This document shows, one piece after another, positions 19,575 through 29,702 of a stretch of DNA of 64,000 nt. Made by a program: the position numbers and the translations under genes. The notes under the pieces were generated by a model that worked only from the letters and a program-made list of their open reading frames with translations, did no database searches and was not told the origin of the DNA. Position 1 is the first letter of the stretch, and every line of letters begins with the position of its first letter. Source of the DNA: Candidatus Hermodarchaeota archaeon (lineage in GTDB: Archaea; Asgardarchaeota; Lokiarchaeia; Sigyniarchaeales; SOKP01); assembly GCA_048885525.1 (NCBI GenBank), contig JBHLLP010000014.1, positions 1 to 64,000 of the forward strand. Reading direction: 5' to 3'.

Positions 19575-19671
19575 TATAACTCATTTATTAAAATTTTATA
19601 AGATATAAGAAACTAATTTTCATTTCTATGTTTTATAAAATAAATATTAATTTCTTATTGATGTTTTTCTT

Positions 19672-20901
19672 TTAGAATTTTTTTTTATTGGTTTTTAATG
19701 TAGACTTACGTTCTTCTTTTGATACACTTATTTTTTCAGACTCAATTGGTTCACTCATTTTTACTTTAGTGGAGTATTTATTCGCTACTACAGGTTCAGA
19801 TTCTTTTGGTAACAGCTTTCTCATCCATTCTGGAAAGGCGGTAGTAATCTGTAAATTAGTTTTCAACACAATATATGTTTCACCATTATAATTTAGTTCT
19901 TCTATAACATCGTATTTCTTTAAGAAATTAATATTTTCCATCAAGGAATCTAAAGATTTCTTTGATACTAATTTTGGTAATTTATCTTTTGAAATTAGAC
20001 CATTTCTTAATTCTGAAAGAACATTGTATTTTTTAGAATCAGCCATTATTTGAAATAATGTAAAAGCATCTTCTTTTATTTCTTCCTTACTTTTCTTTTC
20101 ATATTCACTATAATATTCTTGGACTTTAGGGAGGAGTAGCTCTATTAGTTCTGGTTTATCATCAATATATTCTATAACACTATCTGGAGGTATTCTTTCT
20201 GCATTTACTTCTTTTAATAAAAGAACATATCTTTCTACTAATCCTATTTGATTTATGAAAATAAACTGTTTATCAACTAGGGTTTCGATAATTCCATTAA
20301 AATCTTTTTCAGGGAATTTTTCAATAAACCATTCTCTTAACCACTCTAATGGTATTGGACCTTTAGATAATTTTTCTAAAGTTTTAAAAATATGTCTATC
20401 ATTTAATAGGATAGCAATTTTCTCTTCTTCGGTTTTTTCCCTAGTATCTTCGATGATTGTCCAATATAAATTATTTACCCATGCTTTTATTAAAGATTCA
20501 TTTTTAATTATATTCTCTTGATCATCTTCATCAAAATTACTAATGTCAGTTATATAAAAAGCAGTAAAAATTTCTTCATTTGATTGTAATCTTTCTGAAA
20601 ATTCAGAGCATAATTTTGATATTTTCTCTTCAATTTCAGGGGGAATCAGCTGATCAAGGATTATTGAAACCATTAACATTTCTTTGTTTCCTCTCGCCCA
20701 ATCTGAATGAATTTCAAAATAATAATTCATCGATTTTAGATTTTCAAAAGAATGTGTAAAAAAACCCTCACTAAATTGCTGGTCCATAATGTTAGCTACT
20801 TTACCCGCTAATTCCTTTTCTAATATATTCTTTGGATAAGAATAGAACACTAATGGACCAATTTTGCGATGAAAATACGATAATGTAACGATAGTTTTCA
20901 A
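19672..20901 (-). CDS. longin/uDENN-domain protein (folliculin/SMCR8/NPRL2-like) with probable C-terminal winged-helix domains
   Basis: N-terminus MKTIVTLSYFHRKIGPLVFY and loop FEIHSDWARGNKEMLMVSII. Confidence 0.6.
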   Translation of the reverse strand: MKTIVTLSYFHRKIGPLVFYSYPKNILEKELAGKVANIMDQQFSEGFFTHSFENLKSMNYYFEIHSDWARGNKEMLMVSIILDQLIPPEIEEKISKLCSEFSERLQSNEEIFTAFYITDISNFDEDDQENIIKNESLIKAWVNNLYWTIIEDTREKTEEEKIAILLNDRHIFKTLEKLSKGPIPLEWLREWFIEKFPEKDFNGIIETLVDKQFIFINQIGLVERYVLLLKEVNAERIPPDSVIEYIDDKPELIELLLPKVQEYYSEYEKKSKEEIKEDAFTLFQIMADSKKYNVLSELRNGLISKDKLPKLVSKKSLDSLMENINFLKKYDVIEELNYNGETYIVLKTNLQITTAFPEWMRKLLPKESEPVVANKYSTKVKMSEPIESEKISVSKEERKSTLKTNKKKF

Positions 20902-21110
20902 TTAATGAATCTCCATTAAGATTTCTTTTATTGAATAACAAGAACAGCTCTTTTTTTCTGTTTAACCTAAATTAAATTAATATTGAAGATTATATATTAT
21001 TAAAGATAAATAAATTTATCTTAACTTACCCTCTAATATCTTAGAATAATTAATATAACAAATCAATGTAATTTATTTTAATGAATCAATAATAAAATCG
21101 GAATTTATTT

Positions 21111-21857
21111 ATGAGCCCTATAAAATTAATTGGATTTGATTTAGATGATTGTCTATTTGACTCCACGGGATTATCTGAAAGGGCCAGAATTAAAGGCCTT
21201 GATGCAATGATTAACTTAGGCTTAGAAATTGACAAAAACAAAGCGGTAAGGATATTGAATGAAATTGTAAGAGAATATGGTTCAAATTCATCAAAACATT
21301 ATAATCATTTCGTAAGAAGATTGAATCAAATGGATGAAAAAATAGAATTCATGTCATATAATGATCGATATAAATATATCGCTGCTGCTGTTATGGCTTA
21401 TCATGAGGAAAAAGTAAATTCGATAAAATTATATGATGATGTTAGAAATAGTTTAAGCAGATTAAAAGAATTATCAATAAAAACAGCAATCATAACCGAT
21501 GGAATTCCAATAAAACAATATGAAAAGATATTAAGACTCAAAATTGATAAATTGCTCGATTTAGTAGTTATCTCTGATGAAATTGGAATTAAAAAACCTA
21601 ATCCAGAGTTATTTACTTACTGTTTAAAAAAATTTAAAGTAAAAGGTCAAGAAACAATATATGTTGGAGATCGGTTAGATAAGGATATAGTACCTGCTAA
21701 TATAAACAATATTTACAGTGTATATCTTCACAGGGGCGGAAAGTATGACAGTTATAAAAAAGAGTTTAAAATTCAAGGCTATTCTAAGCCAGATTATGAG
21801 ATCTCTAATTTGAACGAATTATTTGATATAATTGATGAGATTAATGATAAAGAGTAA
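21111..21857 (+). CDS. HAD-superfamily hydrolase
   Basis: FDLDDCL, ITDG, KKPNP and YVGDRLDKD motifs. Confidence 0.9.
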   Translation: MSPIKLIGFDLDDCLFDSTGLSERARIKGLDAMINLGLEIDKNKAVRILNEIVREYGSNSSKHYNHFVRRLNQMDEKIEFMSYNDRYKYIAAAVMAYHEEKVNSIKLYDDVRNSLSRLKELSIKTAIITDGIPIKQYEKILRLKIDKLLDLVVISDEIGIKKPNPELFTYCLKKFKVKGQETIYVGDRLDKDIVPANINNIYSVYLHRGGKYDSYKKEFKIQGYSKPDYEISNLNELFDIIDEINDKE

Positions 21858-21873
21858 AAGGTTATTCTATAAA

Positions 21874-22692
21874 ATGAGAGTAGCATGTATCCAACCACAA
21901 ATCTTTCAAGAAAGAAATAAATGTTATAATGAAATTGAACGAATTTTGAGAGAGCTTTTAGAAGTACATAAAAATTGCGAAATTATATGTTTACCTGAAA
22001 GATGGGTTCCTTTATTTAAAAATTCCTCTCTTAATTTTCAAGAACAAAGGGGCAAAGATTATTCTTTTATTCAAAATTTAGCTAGAGAATACAATATTAA
22101 GATTTTATCAGGAGCAATTTGGGAAAAAAGAAGAGGTTTTAAAAAACCTGCCATAACCTGTTACTATTTTAATGAGAATGGCGAAGAAATTGGCAGACAA
22201 GATAAAATTCACCTCTATGCTTATGAACGCGAGTATTTTGAGTCAAGCAACGAATTAAACTTATTTAAATTGAGCAATTCCCATCTTTTTACGATTCTAA
22301 TATGTTTTGATATGGCTTTTTTTGAGACTCCTCGATTGGCTGTTGAAAATGGAGCAGATATACTATTCTCACCTACACAAATAAGGCAAGATGGAATGAA
22401 AAATTGGCAAATTTATTTAAAAGCACGAGCTCTTGAAAATCGCGTACCTATAGTGGCATGTAACACTTATGGAAGATATTTGAAAAGAAATTTCATAGGG
22501 AAGAGCAAAATCATTTCTTTCCATGAAGGGAATATATCTCCATCTAAATTAAAAATCGTAGAAGGTCCAAAAGATTCAAGTGGATTTATTTTTGACAATA
22601 TCGATTTAATTTTTCCAAGAAAATTAAGAAATATTCGTTTAAAAGAACAAATTGATAAAAACAAAATAAAAGTCAAAATAATTAATAACTAA
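21874..22692 (+). CDS. carbon-nitrogen hydrolase (nitrilase/amidase family)
   Basis: Catalytic triad LPE, KIHL, ICFD plus ARALEN; start placed at MRVACIQ. Confidence 0.9.
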   Translation: MRVACIQPQIFQERNKCYNEIERILRELLEVHKNCEIICLPERWVPLFKNSSLNFQEQRGKDYSFIQNLAREYNIKILSGAIWEKRRGFKKPAITCYYFNENGEEIGRQDKIHLYAYEREYFESSNELNLFKLSNSHLFTILICFDMAFFETPRLAVENGADILFSPTQIRQDGMKNWQIYLKARALENRVPIVACNTYGRYLKRNFIGKSKIISFHEGNISPSKLKIVEGPKDSSGFIFDNIDLIFPRKLRNIRLKEQIDKNKIKVKIINN

Positions 22693-22713
22693 AGTATAAT
22701 CTTGTAATTTGAT

Positions 22714-23670
22714 ATGAATGGTTTAAAAGAACTAAAAAAAATCCTTTTTTGTGGTTTAGAAAGTGGTGGGAAAACATCAATATTATTACTATTAGATAAG
22801 AAATTTAGTTTATTGCCTACAGTCAAACCAACTATAAAAGCAAAAAGAAGTTTTCATACAAACTCGTTATTGGGAACGTCAATTGTCCGTTGGGATTTAG
22901 GTGGACAAAAGAGTTATAGAAAAATATATTTAGGTCATAAGAGTAGATATTTTACCGATATGCAATCAATATTTTATGTGATTGATGTTCAAGCACCAAA
23001 TAAATTTGAAAAATCATTAATATTTCTTAAAGATATTATAAATATTACTTCTGAGTCACATCCTGAAAATTTTCAGTTCTTAATATTACTTCATAAATAT
23101 GATCCGGATATTAAAAATAATAAAGAAATTCTAAATCATGTGAAGTATTTAGAAAACCAAATCTCATCTGCTATTAAAGATATTAAATATTCCATTTTTA
23201 AGACTTCAATATATGATGAACCAAGTTTATTGAAGGCTTTTTCTGATGGTGTTTTTTACGCAACCCATAAATCAAAAATGTTTGAAACTTTATTGAAAGA
23301 ATATATGAGTAAAACTTACAATAGTTCTATGCTTTTATTAGATCAAAATTGTTTTATAATTGCTAGTAGAACCACTAATGAAGATTATCAGAGAATATGT
23401 GAAGCCATCGCTCCAAGATTAACTCAAGCATTAGAAAAGTTAGAAGAATGGGACATAAATACAATTGATATTGTGACAAATGTAGAATTTCCAGGAAAAC
23501 AATCAGAATTTCAAAAAGAGGGAATAATTTTTCTTAGAAAATTAGATATAAATAACACGAGACTATATTTAGTCGCACTCTGCCTAAATAAAAAAGTGAA
23601 AATTAAATCATATGAGTATTTACCACTATTAGCAGATAATTTAAAAAATTTAGTAGAAAGTTTTGAATAA
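22714..23670 (+). CDS. Rag/Gtr-like small GTPase with C-terminal roadblock/longin-like domain
   Basis: GLESGGKTS, WDLGGQ, HKYD and TSIYDEPSLLKAFS (Rag-type G4 and G5), plus a C-terminal domain of about 130 aa. Confidence 0.8.
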   Translation: MNGLKELKKILFCGLESGGKTSILLLLDKKFSLLPTVKPTIKAKRSFHTNSLLGTSIVRWDLGGQKSYRKIYLGHKSRYFTDMQSIFYVIDVQAPNKFEKSLIFLKDIINITSESHPENFQFLILLHKYDPDIKNNKEILNHVKYLENQISSAIKDIKYSIFKTSIYDEPSLLKAFSDGVFYATHKSKMFETLLKEYMSKTYNSSMLLLDQNCFIIASRTTNEDYQRICEAIAPRLTQALEKLEEWDINTIDIVTNVEFPGKQSEFQKEGIIFLRKLDINNTRLYLVALCLNKKVKIKSYEYLPLLADNLKNLVESFE

Positions 23671-23861
23671 TCTTTAACTTTATTCTTATATTACAAAATA
23701 CTTTTTCATCTATTCCTTATTTTAATTCTAAACCTGTTTGGATTTTAAGTTATAATTTTTTTTTTAAAATTTGATATATATTTTAATTTTACTTTTAATG
23801 ACCTCTCTGGGTGGGGTTTAAATAGTTATGATTAAAATCAATTTAAATAAAGGTATAAAAA

Positions 23862-25055
23862 ATGATTGCTAAATTCAATGTAAATAAATATTATGCAGGT
23901 CCAAAAGCCTTATTTGATCCAAATTATATCCCACCGCATCTTTTATATAGAAAAAAAGAAGAAGATTCTCTCTATTCAATTTTAAATGATTCATTATTTG
24001 ATGAATTTAATCTCAATATACTTTATCAAGGAATTAATGGTATTGGAAAGAAAGTAATAGTTAATAAAGTATTAAATGATCTTTTTAAACAAAATAGAGA
24101 ATTTATTAAAATTAATAAAATTTGTGTGGATTGCAAGGAAAAACATCCTGAAGAAATAATTTTTTCATTACTAAGTAAAATAATTAGGTTATCAAATCTC
24201 AATTTCGATTTTCAACCACTATTAAATTCAGAGATATCCCACTTATGGAATACGTTTAAATTTATTTGTAATAGGGACAATTCACATTTATTTTTTATAT
24301 TTAATAACATCGAGTATTTACCACCGTATATTTTCAATAAATTTATACAATTTAGCAGGGAATCAAAAATAACTTTAATATCTACAATAAATAAAATTAT
24401 ACAACCTGGAACAATGGAGTTATTTTCTGAGTTTGATTTAAAAAAGAAGCTGAATTTCTATACTTATAGAGAGCTTTATTTTATTTTAAAACAGAGAGTA
24501 TTATTGAGTTTTTCCCGTGAAATAGATAAAAACCTCATTAGATACATTACAGATTTGATCTGTGAGCAATATGTCCCTGTTCCGGGAAAAGGAATTCAAA
24601 TACTTCGAGATTTATATCCAATATTAAAAAATCAACATTCTTTAAAAGATTTTGAAGTTTTGGAAATTTTTCAAAATGAATTTGATACATTTCACATTTC
24701 TGATGAATTCAGTATGATAAATTATCTTTCTGAAGAAGATATATTAACAATAATATTTTTAGATAATCTTTCGAATTATTTTACTTCTAAAAATAAGTTT
24801 TATATCTCTTTAAAAGAATTAAACGAATTATATAACATTTCATGTGAAACTTTAGAGTTTCAAAAATCTCTTAATGAATTTCGCGAATTAACTGAAGAAA
24901 TGTTGAACATTGGAGTTTTAAAACCCTCAAAAAGAACATTTCACAAGAAAAGTAATAATGAGATTTTCAGTGGAGTAAATAATGATTACTTCTTCATATT
25001 GATTAATCCTAAAAAAATAAAGGTAATTATTGATGCAATTTTTAACCAGCGTTAA
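23862..25055 (+). CDS. divergent Cdc6/Orc1-like AAA+ protein with degenerate ATPase motifs
   Basis: FDPNYIPPHLLYRKKE N-terminus typical of Cdc6; Walker A GINGIGKK; Walker B region FFIFNNIE; probable C-terminal winged helix. Confidence 0.75.
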   Translation: MIAKFNVNKYYAGPKALFDPNYIPPHLLYRKKEEDSLYSILNDSLFDEFNLNILYQGINGIGKKVIVNKVLNDLFKQNREFIKINKICVDCKEKHPEEIIFSLLSKIIRLSNLNFDFQPLLNSEISHLWNTFKFICNRDNSHLFFIFNNIEYLPPYIFNKFIQFSRESKITLISTINKIIQPGTMELFSEFDLKKKLNFYTYRELYFILKQRVLLSFSREIDKNLIRYITDLICEQYVPVPGKGIQILRDLYPILKNQHSLKDFEVLEIFQNEFDTFHISDEFSMINYLSEEDILTIIFLDNLSNYFTSKNKFYISLKELNELYNISCETLEFQKSLNEFRELTEEMLNIGVLKPSKRTFHKKSNNEIFSGVNNDYFFILINPKKIKVIIDAIFNQR

Positions 25056-25225
25056 ATAGTTCTAAAATTTAAATATTTTTTTTAAAAATTTTAAAAAAAA
25101 AACATTTAAAGGCGCTTTCAAAAATCCGAAAATGTAAAGCAGATTTTTTTAATAAGATATCTTATATATTTATAGGTATAATCACACTATTTTTTTATTA
25201 ATAAATGTAGAAATGGAGAAAAATT

Positions 25226-28200
25226 TTGACTTATATTAAAAAAATTTCTATGAGTGGTTTCAAATCTTTTGGAGATCGAACTGTAACTATCAGACTTTCA
25301 AGTGGATTCACATGTATCGTGGGACCGAATGGGGCTGGTAAATCTAATATAATAGATGCTTTATGTTTCTCGCTTGGTAGGTTAAGCAAAAAAACTATGA
25401 GAGCAAAAAGTTTAGAGGATCTTATCTTTGCTGGTTCACGAGGGAAAAATCCTTCTCAAAGAGCTTCAGTTACATTATTTTTTGATAATTCTGATAATGT
25501 TTTTCCTGGAGGAACAGATGATTTTCAGATTACTCGTGTTATAAAAAGAGGCGGAGGAGGCGGATATAAAATGAATGGAAAGAAAGTCACCCGCCAGCAA
25601 ATACTTAACGCTTTAGCAGCAGCAAATATTGATCCTGATGGTAGTAATCAATTTGTATTACAAGGAAAGATTGTTGAATTAACACATATGAATCCTGAAG
25701 ATCGCAGGAGGTTCATTGAGGAGTTAATAGGACTTCAAAAATATGATGAAATGAAGGATGCTACTTTAAAGGAATTAGAAAAAGCAGAAAGAGATTTAGG
25801 ACAGTTTGAAGCGATCTTTAAAGAAGTATCTGCTCAACTGAAAAAGGTTGAAAAAGAAAAAAATGACGCTTTAGCTTGGAAAGAATTAGATGATCAAATA
25901 AATTATCTAAACTCGCAGTTAATAGCTCTAAAGATTTCAAAATTACGAGAAGAAGAAGAAGAACTAGAAAAAAAAATCGAAATATCTTCAAAAATCGTTG
26001 AAGAATTGCAAGAAAAAATAAATCGTCAAGAAGATGTCTTAAAACAAGAATCTCTCGTTATGGATAATATCCAAAAAACTATTACTGATAAAGAAAAAGA
26101 AAGAGAAGAAATAACTGAAAATATAACTCAAATTAAAACACAAATATCTTCAAGTCAAACCACATTAAATCTGGATAATAAATCAATCGATAAACTAACA
26201 AAAGAAATTGAATCTCTAGAAAGTCAACAAATGAAACTTGAAGATGAGCAAACTTTTGATTCATTAATAGAAAGTGTGTTAAATGTAATTTTAGAATATG
26301 AGAATTATATTGAAGAAGCTAAAAAGGAAATTGAAAAAAGACAACAAAACCAAGCTGAATTAGACCTTAAAATAAAAAATAATGAAGATGAAAAATCTAT
26401 TTTTAAAGCAGAAATATCCAAGATACAACAAAATGTTTCTTCTAATAATGCTCAAATTAAGATGCTTAGAGGAACTATTAAAAAAAATGAAGAAAAAAAG
26501 GAAAAATTAGAAATTGAATTACAGAGATTGAAAAAAGATGCTGAAAGCATCGATGAGGCCATTGAAGCGACTAAACAAGCAGAATCTGAAATAAGGAATA
26601 AAATTAACGATTTAAATAGTAAAATTTCTAAAGAAAATCAAAATCAAAAAGATCTAGAGAATAATATTAACACTCTCCAAATAGAGAAAAACCAACTAAA
26701 TTCTAAATCAGCAAATTTTCAAGCTACTTTATCGTCTTTAAGTACAGAAATTAAAATGAATCAAGGAAACATACAAGAATTAGATGAAAAGAAAAATCTT
26801 ATAAAGAAAAAGATTACTGAATTAAGTCAAGGTCAGGACTCTGAAAAAGCAGTGAAAGAATTATTGAGTCAAAATGAAACCATAAACAAAGAATTGAGTG
26901 AATTAAGAACAAAATTAAAGCAAGAAAATTCAGTATATAGAAAAAATGAACAAGATCTAGAACTAATTAAAATGAAAAAATATTCTTGCGAATCAGAAAT
27001 CAATGATAATAATGCAAAGATTGATAATATTAATACAGAACTAAAAATTCTTACAAAAGAATTAACAAATTTGGATCGAGAGAAGAATAAATTAGAAATA
27101 CTAGCAGATACATCAAATAAAAGTCTTACAAATATTACTGAGTCAACTGAAAAATTATTAATTAAGAAGGAGAATGTACAAAGACGTTTAGAAGATCTTT
27201 CCCAACAAAAAGAAAATTTGACAAAAAAAATTGAATCTTCTGAGGAAGAATACGAGAAGGATACAAAAGATGTTACGGGAATTCTCCAAATTTTAAATAT
27301 GCTTACCCAGAATATTAATATCTCAGTTGAATCTATTAAAAGTAATATACAACAATCAAACGCAGAGGCAATTGAATCATCCGCAGAAGATTTTAAAAAA
27401 TTCATTTTAGATATCATAGATATTATGAAAACAGTTGAGGATATTGGCGTTGATGAGGAAAAACATGCTGAAATGACAGAAATGATTAACTCTATAATGC
27501 AAACTTTAAAAATGTTTACAGATAATGCTGATGAAACCATTAATCAATTAATCGATAGAGTAAAAGAATCAGCAGACATTGAAGTACAAAGTTCAACCGC
27601 TACATTTGATAGTTTTGTTCAAGACTTAATGGAAATTCTTGAAAATGTATATCTTTCGTTAAGAAAGCTAACTATGTCTAAAAGTCAGGAACTATACAAA
27701 CAATTGGAAGAAATATCGGAGACTATCAAATCCCAAACAGACGATTTTAACCAAAATGAGAAACAATTAACTGAAAGTAATATCCAAGAAAAACACTTAT
27801 CAGAAAACCTTTCAACTTATGAAAAAAGACTTAATGAAATTAATAAAAGAAATACTGAGATAAATGAAAGAATTAAAAAAGGAGAACAAGAAATTAAGGA
27901 AAGGGAGAAAATAATTAATACCAGACAATCAGAAACTAGTAACTTTGATATCGAAATTGAAAAACTAAAAAAACTTAAAGACACATATTGGGACAATCTC
28001 TCTACAATTCAAGAAGATATTGATAAAAAGCAAAACGAATTAGAAAATCTGAGAGAAAAATTACAGGAATTGCACGGAATTCAAAATTTATTTGAGAATA
28101 TTGCTGAAATTGATGATAATGTAGAAAAATTAAATAAAATTATTTTGGAAAAGAAAAATTTAATCGTAAATACAGAAGAAAATATTAAAAAAATTCAAGA

Positions 28201-29677
28201 AGAACAAAATTCATTACAAAAAAATATTGATGAACTTGTTCTAAAAAAAGAGAACTACTGGGAAATAACAGAGAATTTACGAAAACAGATAGATGATGAG
28301 AACAAAACCTTGGAAGATACTATGGATCGCTTAAGAGCGCTTGAAAACGTAATGAGGATAATTGATTCTATTGAAGATATTAAAAAAGAAAATAATGATG
28401 CTAAAAATAATGTTCAAACTTGTTTAAATGAAATAGAAGGATTGAAAACCCAGATTGAAGAAATCCAAAAAAATGTGAATAAAAAACAAGAAGTAATAGA
28501 TTCTTTAAGAATTCAGAAAACAGAAGAGTTAGAATCACAAAAGGTAGCCCAAAAGAATTTAAACAAATTGAATAAAGATTTGCAGAAATCTCAAGGGAAG
28601 TTGAATGAGTTAAATAAAAATAAAGAAAGAGAACAAAAAATTATTGGGCTGCATCAAGAGATAAAAGATATTGAAGAACAGATTGAATTAATAACAAAAG
28701 AATTAAGCAATTTTAAAGAAAAATTGGATAGTGAAAATGAAAAGAAGAATGAAAAACAAAAAGAGATTGATAAGTTTATACAAGAAAAAGATGAATCATG
28801 GAAAAAACAAAAACAATATCAGAAAGTTATAACTGACTTAAAATCAGATTTATCTATGGAGAATTCTAAAATCAACAATTTTGAATCAAAAAAAATAATG
28901 TGTACTGATCAAATTGAAACTTTGTTTGAGCGTTCTAAAGAATATGGGTCATTACCTCCTATAAATGAAGGGCTTTCAGAAGCAGAATTACAGGCAGATA
29001 TAGTAGAAAAAACACAGAAGAAAAAAACCCTAGAACCTGTGAATTTAAAAGCAATTGAACAATATGATACTGTAAAAGAAAGATTTGATGAGATAGATAT
29101 GAGACGGCAAACAATACAAAGAGAAAGAAAATCAATTTTAGATGCTATTGATAAGATTGAACTAGAAAAAACAAGAACATTCATGAAAGCATATCATGAG
29201 ATTAATAGAGAGTTTAGTAGAATTTTTCAAAAACTTAGTCCTGGTGGTTCAGCGAAAATGATTTTAGATAGACCAGATAAGCCATTCGAAGGGGGTATTA
29301 GTATAGAAGCAAGACCAAGAGGTAAAAAAATTAGCTCATTAGAAATATTAAGTGGCGGTGAAAAAACATTAGTAGCATTATCTTTCATATTTGCTGTTCA
29401 AGAATTTTATCCTGCTCCATTTTATGTAATGGACGAAATTGATGCTGCTTTAGATGGTCCAAATGTACATCGCGTTTCCATGGTTATAAAAGAATTTGCT
29501 TCACAAGCTCAATTTATGGTGATTAGCCACCGTGAGGAAAATATAGTAAATGCAGATAGAATTTATGGAGTATCAATGCAACAAAGTGGAATAACTGATA
29601 TTTTTAGCGTTGATTTAGAAGAAGAGGCAAAAAGAATTCTTGAAATTGAAGATGTCGAACCTACAATAACAGAATAA
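25226..29677 (+). CDS. smc: chromosome segregation protein SMC with atypical central domain
   Basis: GFKSF, GPNGAGKSN, Q-loop QG, PVNLKAI, LSGGEK, DEIDAALD and ISHR motifs. Confidence 0.93.
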   Translation: MTYIKKISMSGFKSFGDRTVTIRLSSGFTCIVGPNGAGKSNIIDALCFSLGRLSKKTMRAKSLEDLIFAGSRGKNPSQRASVTLFFDNSDNVFPGGTDDFQITRVIKRGGGGGYKMNGKKVTRQQILNALAAANIDPDGSNQFVLQGKIVELTHMNPEDRRRFIEELIGLQKYDEMKDATLKELEKAERDLGQFEAIFKEVSAQLKKVEKEKNDALAWKELDDQINYLNSQLIALKISKLREEEEELEKKIEISSKIVEELQEKINRQEDVLKQESLVMDNIQKTITDKEKEREEITENITQIKTQISSSQTTLNLDNKSIDKLTKEIESLESQQMKLEDEQTFDSLIESVLNVILEYENYIEEAKKEIEKRQQNQAELDLKIKNNEDEKSIFKAEISKIQQNVSSNNAQIKMLRGTIKKNEEKKEKLEIELQRLKKDAESIDEAIEATKQAESEIRNKINDLNSKISKENQNQKDLENNINTLQIEKNQLNSKSANFQATLSSLSTEIKMNQGNIQELDEKKNLIKKKITELSQGQDSEKAVKELLSQNETINKELSELRTKLKQENSVYRKNEQDLELIKMKKYSCESEINDNNAKIDNINTELKILTKELTNLDREKNKLEILADTSNKSLTNITESTEKLLIKKENVQRRLEDLSQQKENLTKKIESSEEEYEKDTKDVTGILQILNMLTQNINISVESIKSNIQQSNAEAIESSAEDFKKFILDIIDIMKTVEDIGVDEEKHAEMTEMINSIMQTLKMFTDNADETINQLIDRVKESADIEVQSSTATFDSFVQDLMEILENVYLSLRKLTMSKSQELYKQLEEISETIKSQTDDFNQNEKQLTESNIQEKHLSENLSTYEKRLNEINKRNTEINERIKKGEQEIKEREKIINTRQSETSNFDIEIEKLKKLKDTYWDNLSTIQEDIDKKQNELENLREKLQELHGIQNLFENIAEIDDNVEKLNKIILEKKNLIVNTEENIKKIQEEQNSLQKNIDELVLKKENYWEITENLRKQIDDENKTLEDTMDRLRALENVMRIIDSIEDIKKENNDAKNNVQTCLNEIEGLKTQIEEIQKNVNKKQEVIDSLRIQKTEELESQKVAQKNLNKLNKDLQKSQGKLNELNKNKEREQKIIGLHQEIKDIEEQIELITKELSNFKEKLDSENEKKNEKQKEIDKFIQEKDESWKKQKQYQKVITDLKSDLSMENSKINNFESKKIMCTDQIETLFERSKEYGSLPPINEGLSEAELQADIVEKTQKKKTLEPVNLKAIEQYDTVKERFDEIDMRRQTIQRERKSILDAIDKIELEKTRTFMKAYHEINREFSRIFQKLSPGGSAKMILDRPDKPFEGGISIEARPRGKKISSLEILSGGEKTLVALSFIFAVQEFYPAPFYVMDEIDAALDGPNVHRVSMVIKEFASQAQFMVISHREENIVNADRIYGVSMQQSGITDIFSVDLEEEAKRILEIEDVEPTITE

Positions 29678-29702
29678 TGATAATTTTTCCTTGAGGTGAG
29701 TA

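Noticed and set aside
23671-23861. Possible replication origin upstream of the cdc6-like gene (AT-rich, one GGGTGGGG string)
   Set aside because: No repeated ORB or mini-ORB motif found; a single G-string is insufficient
25074-25103. T8-A5-T4-A9 near-palindrome between the cdc6-like gene and smc
   Set aside because: Low complexity; at most a U-tract terminator
26869-29184. Minus-strand ORFs inside smc, and similar short antisense ORFs inside rqcH, valS, the GRE, coaBC, top6B, pyrE and others
   Set aside because: Ser/Phe/Ile-rich antisense shadows of well-supported genes
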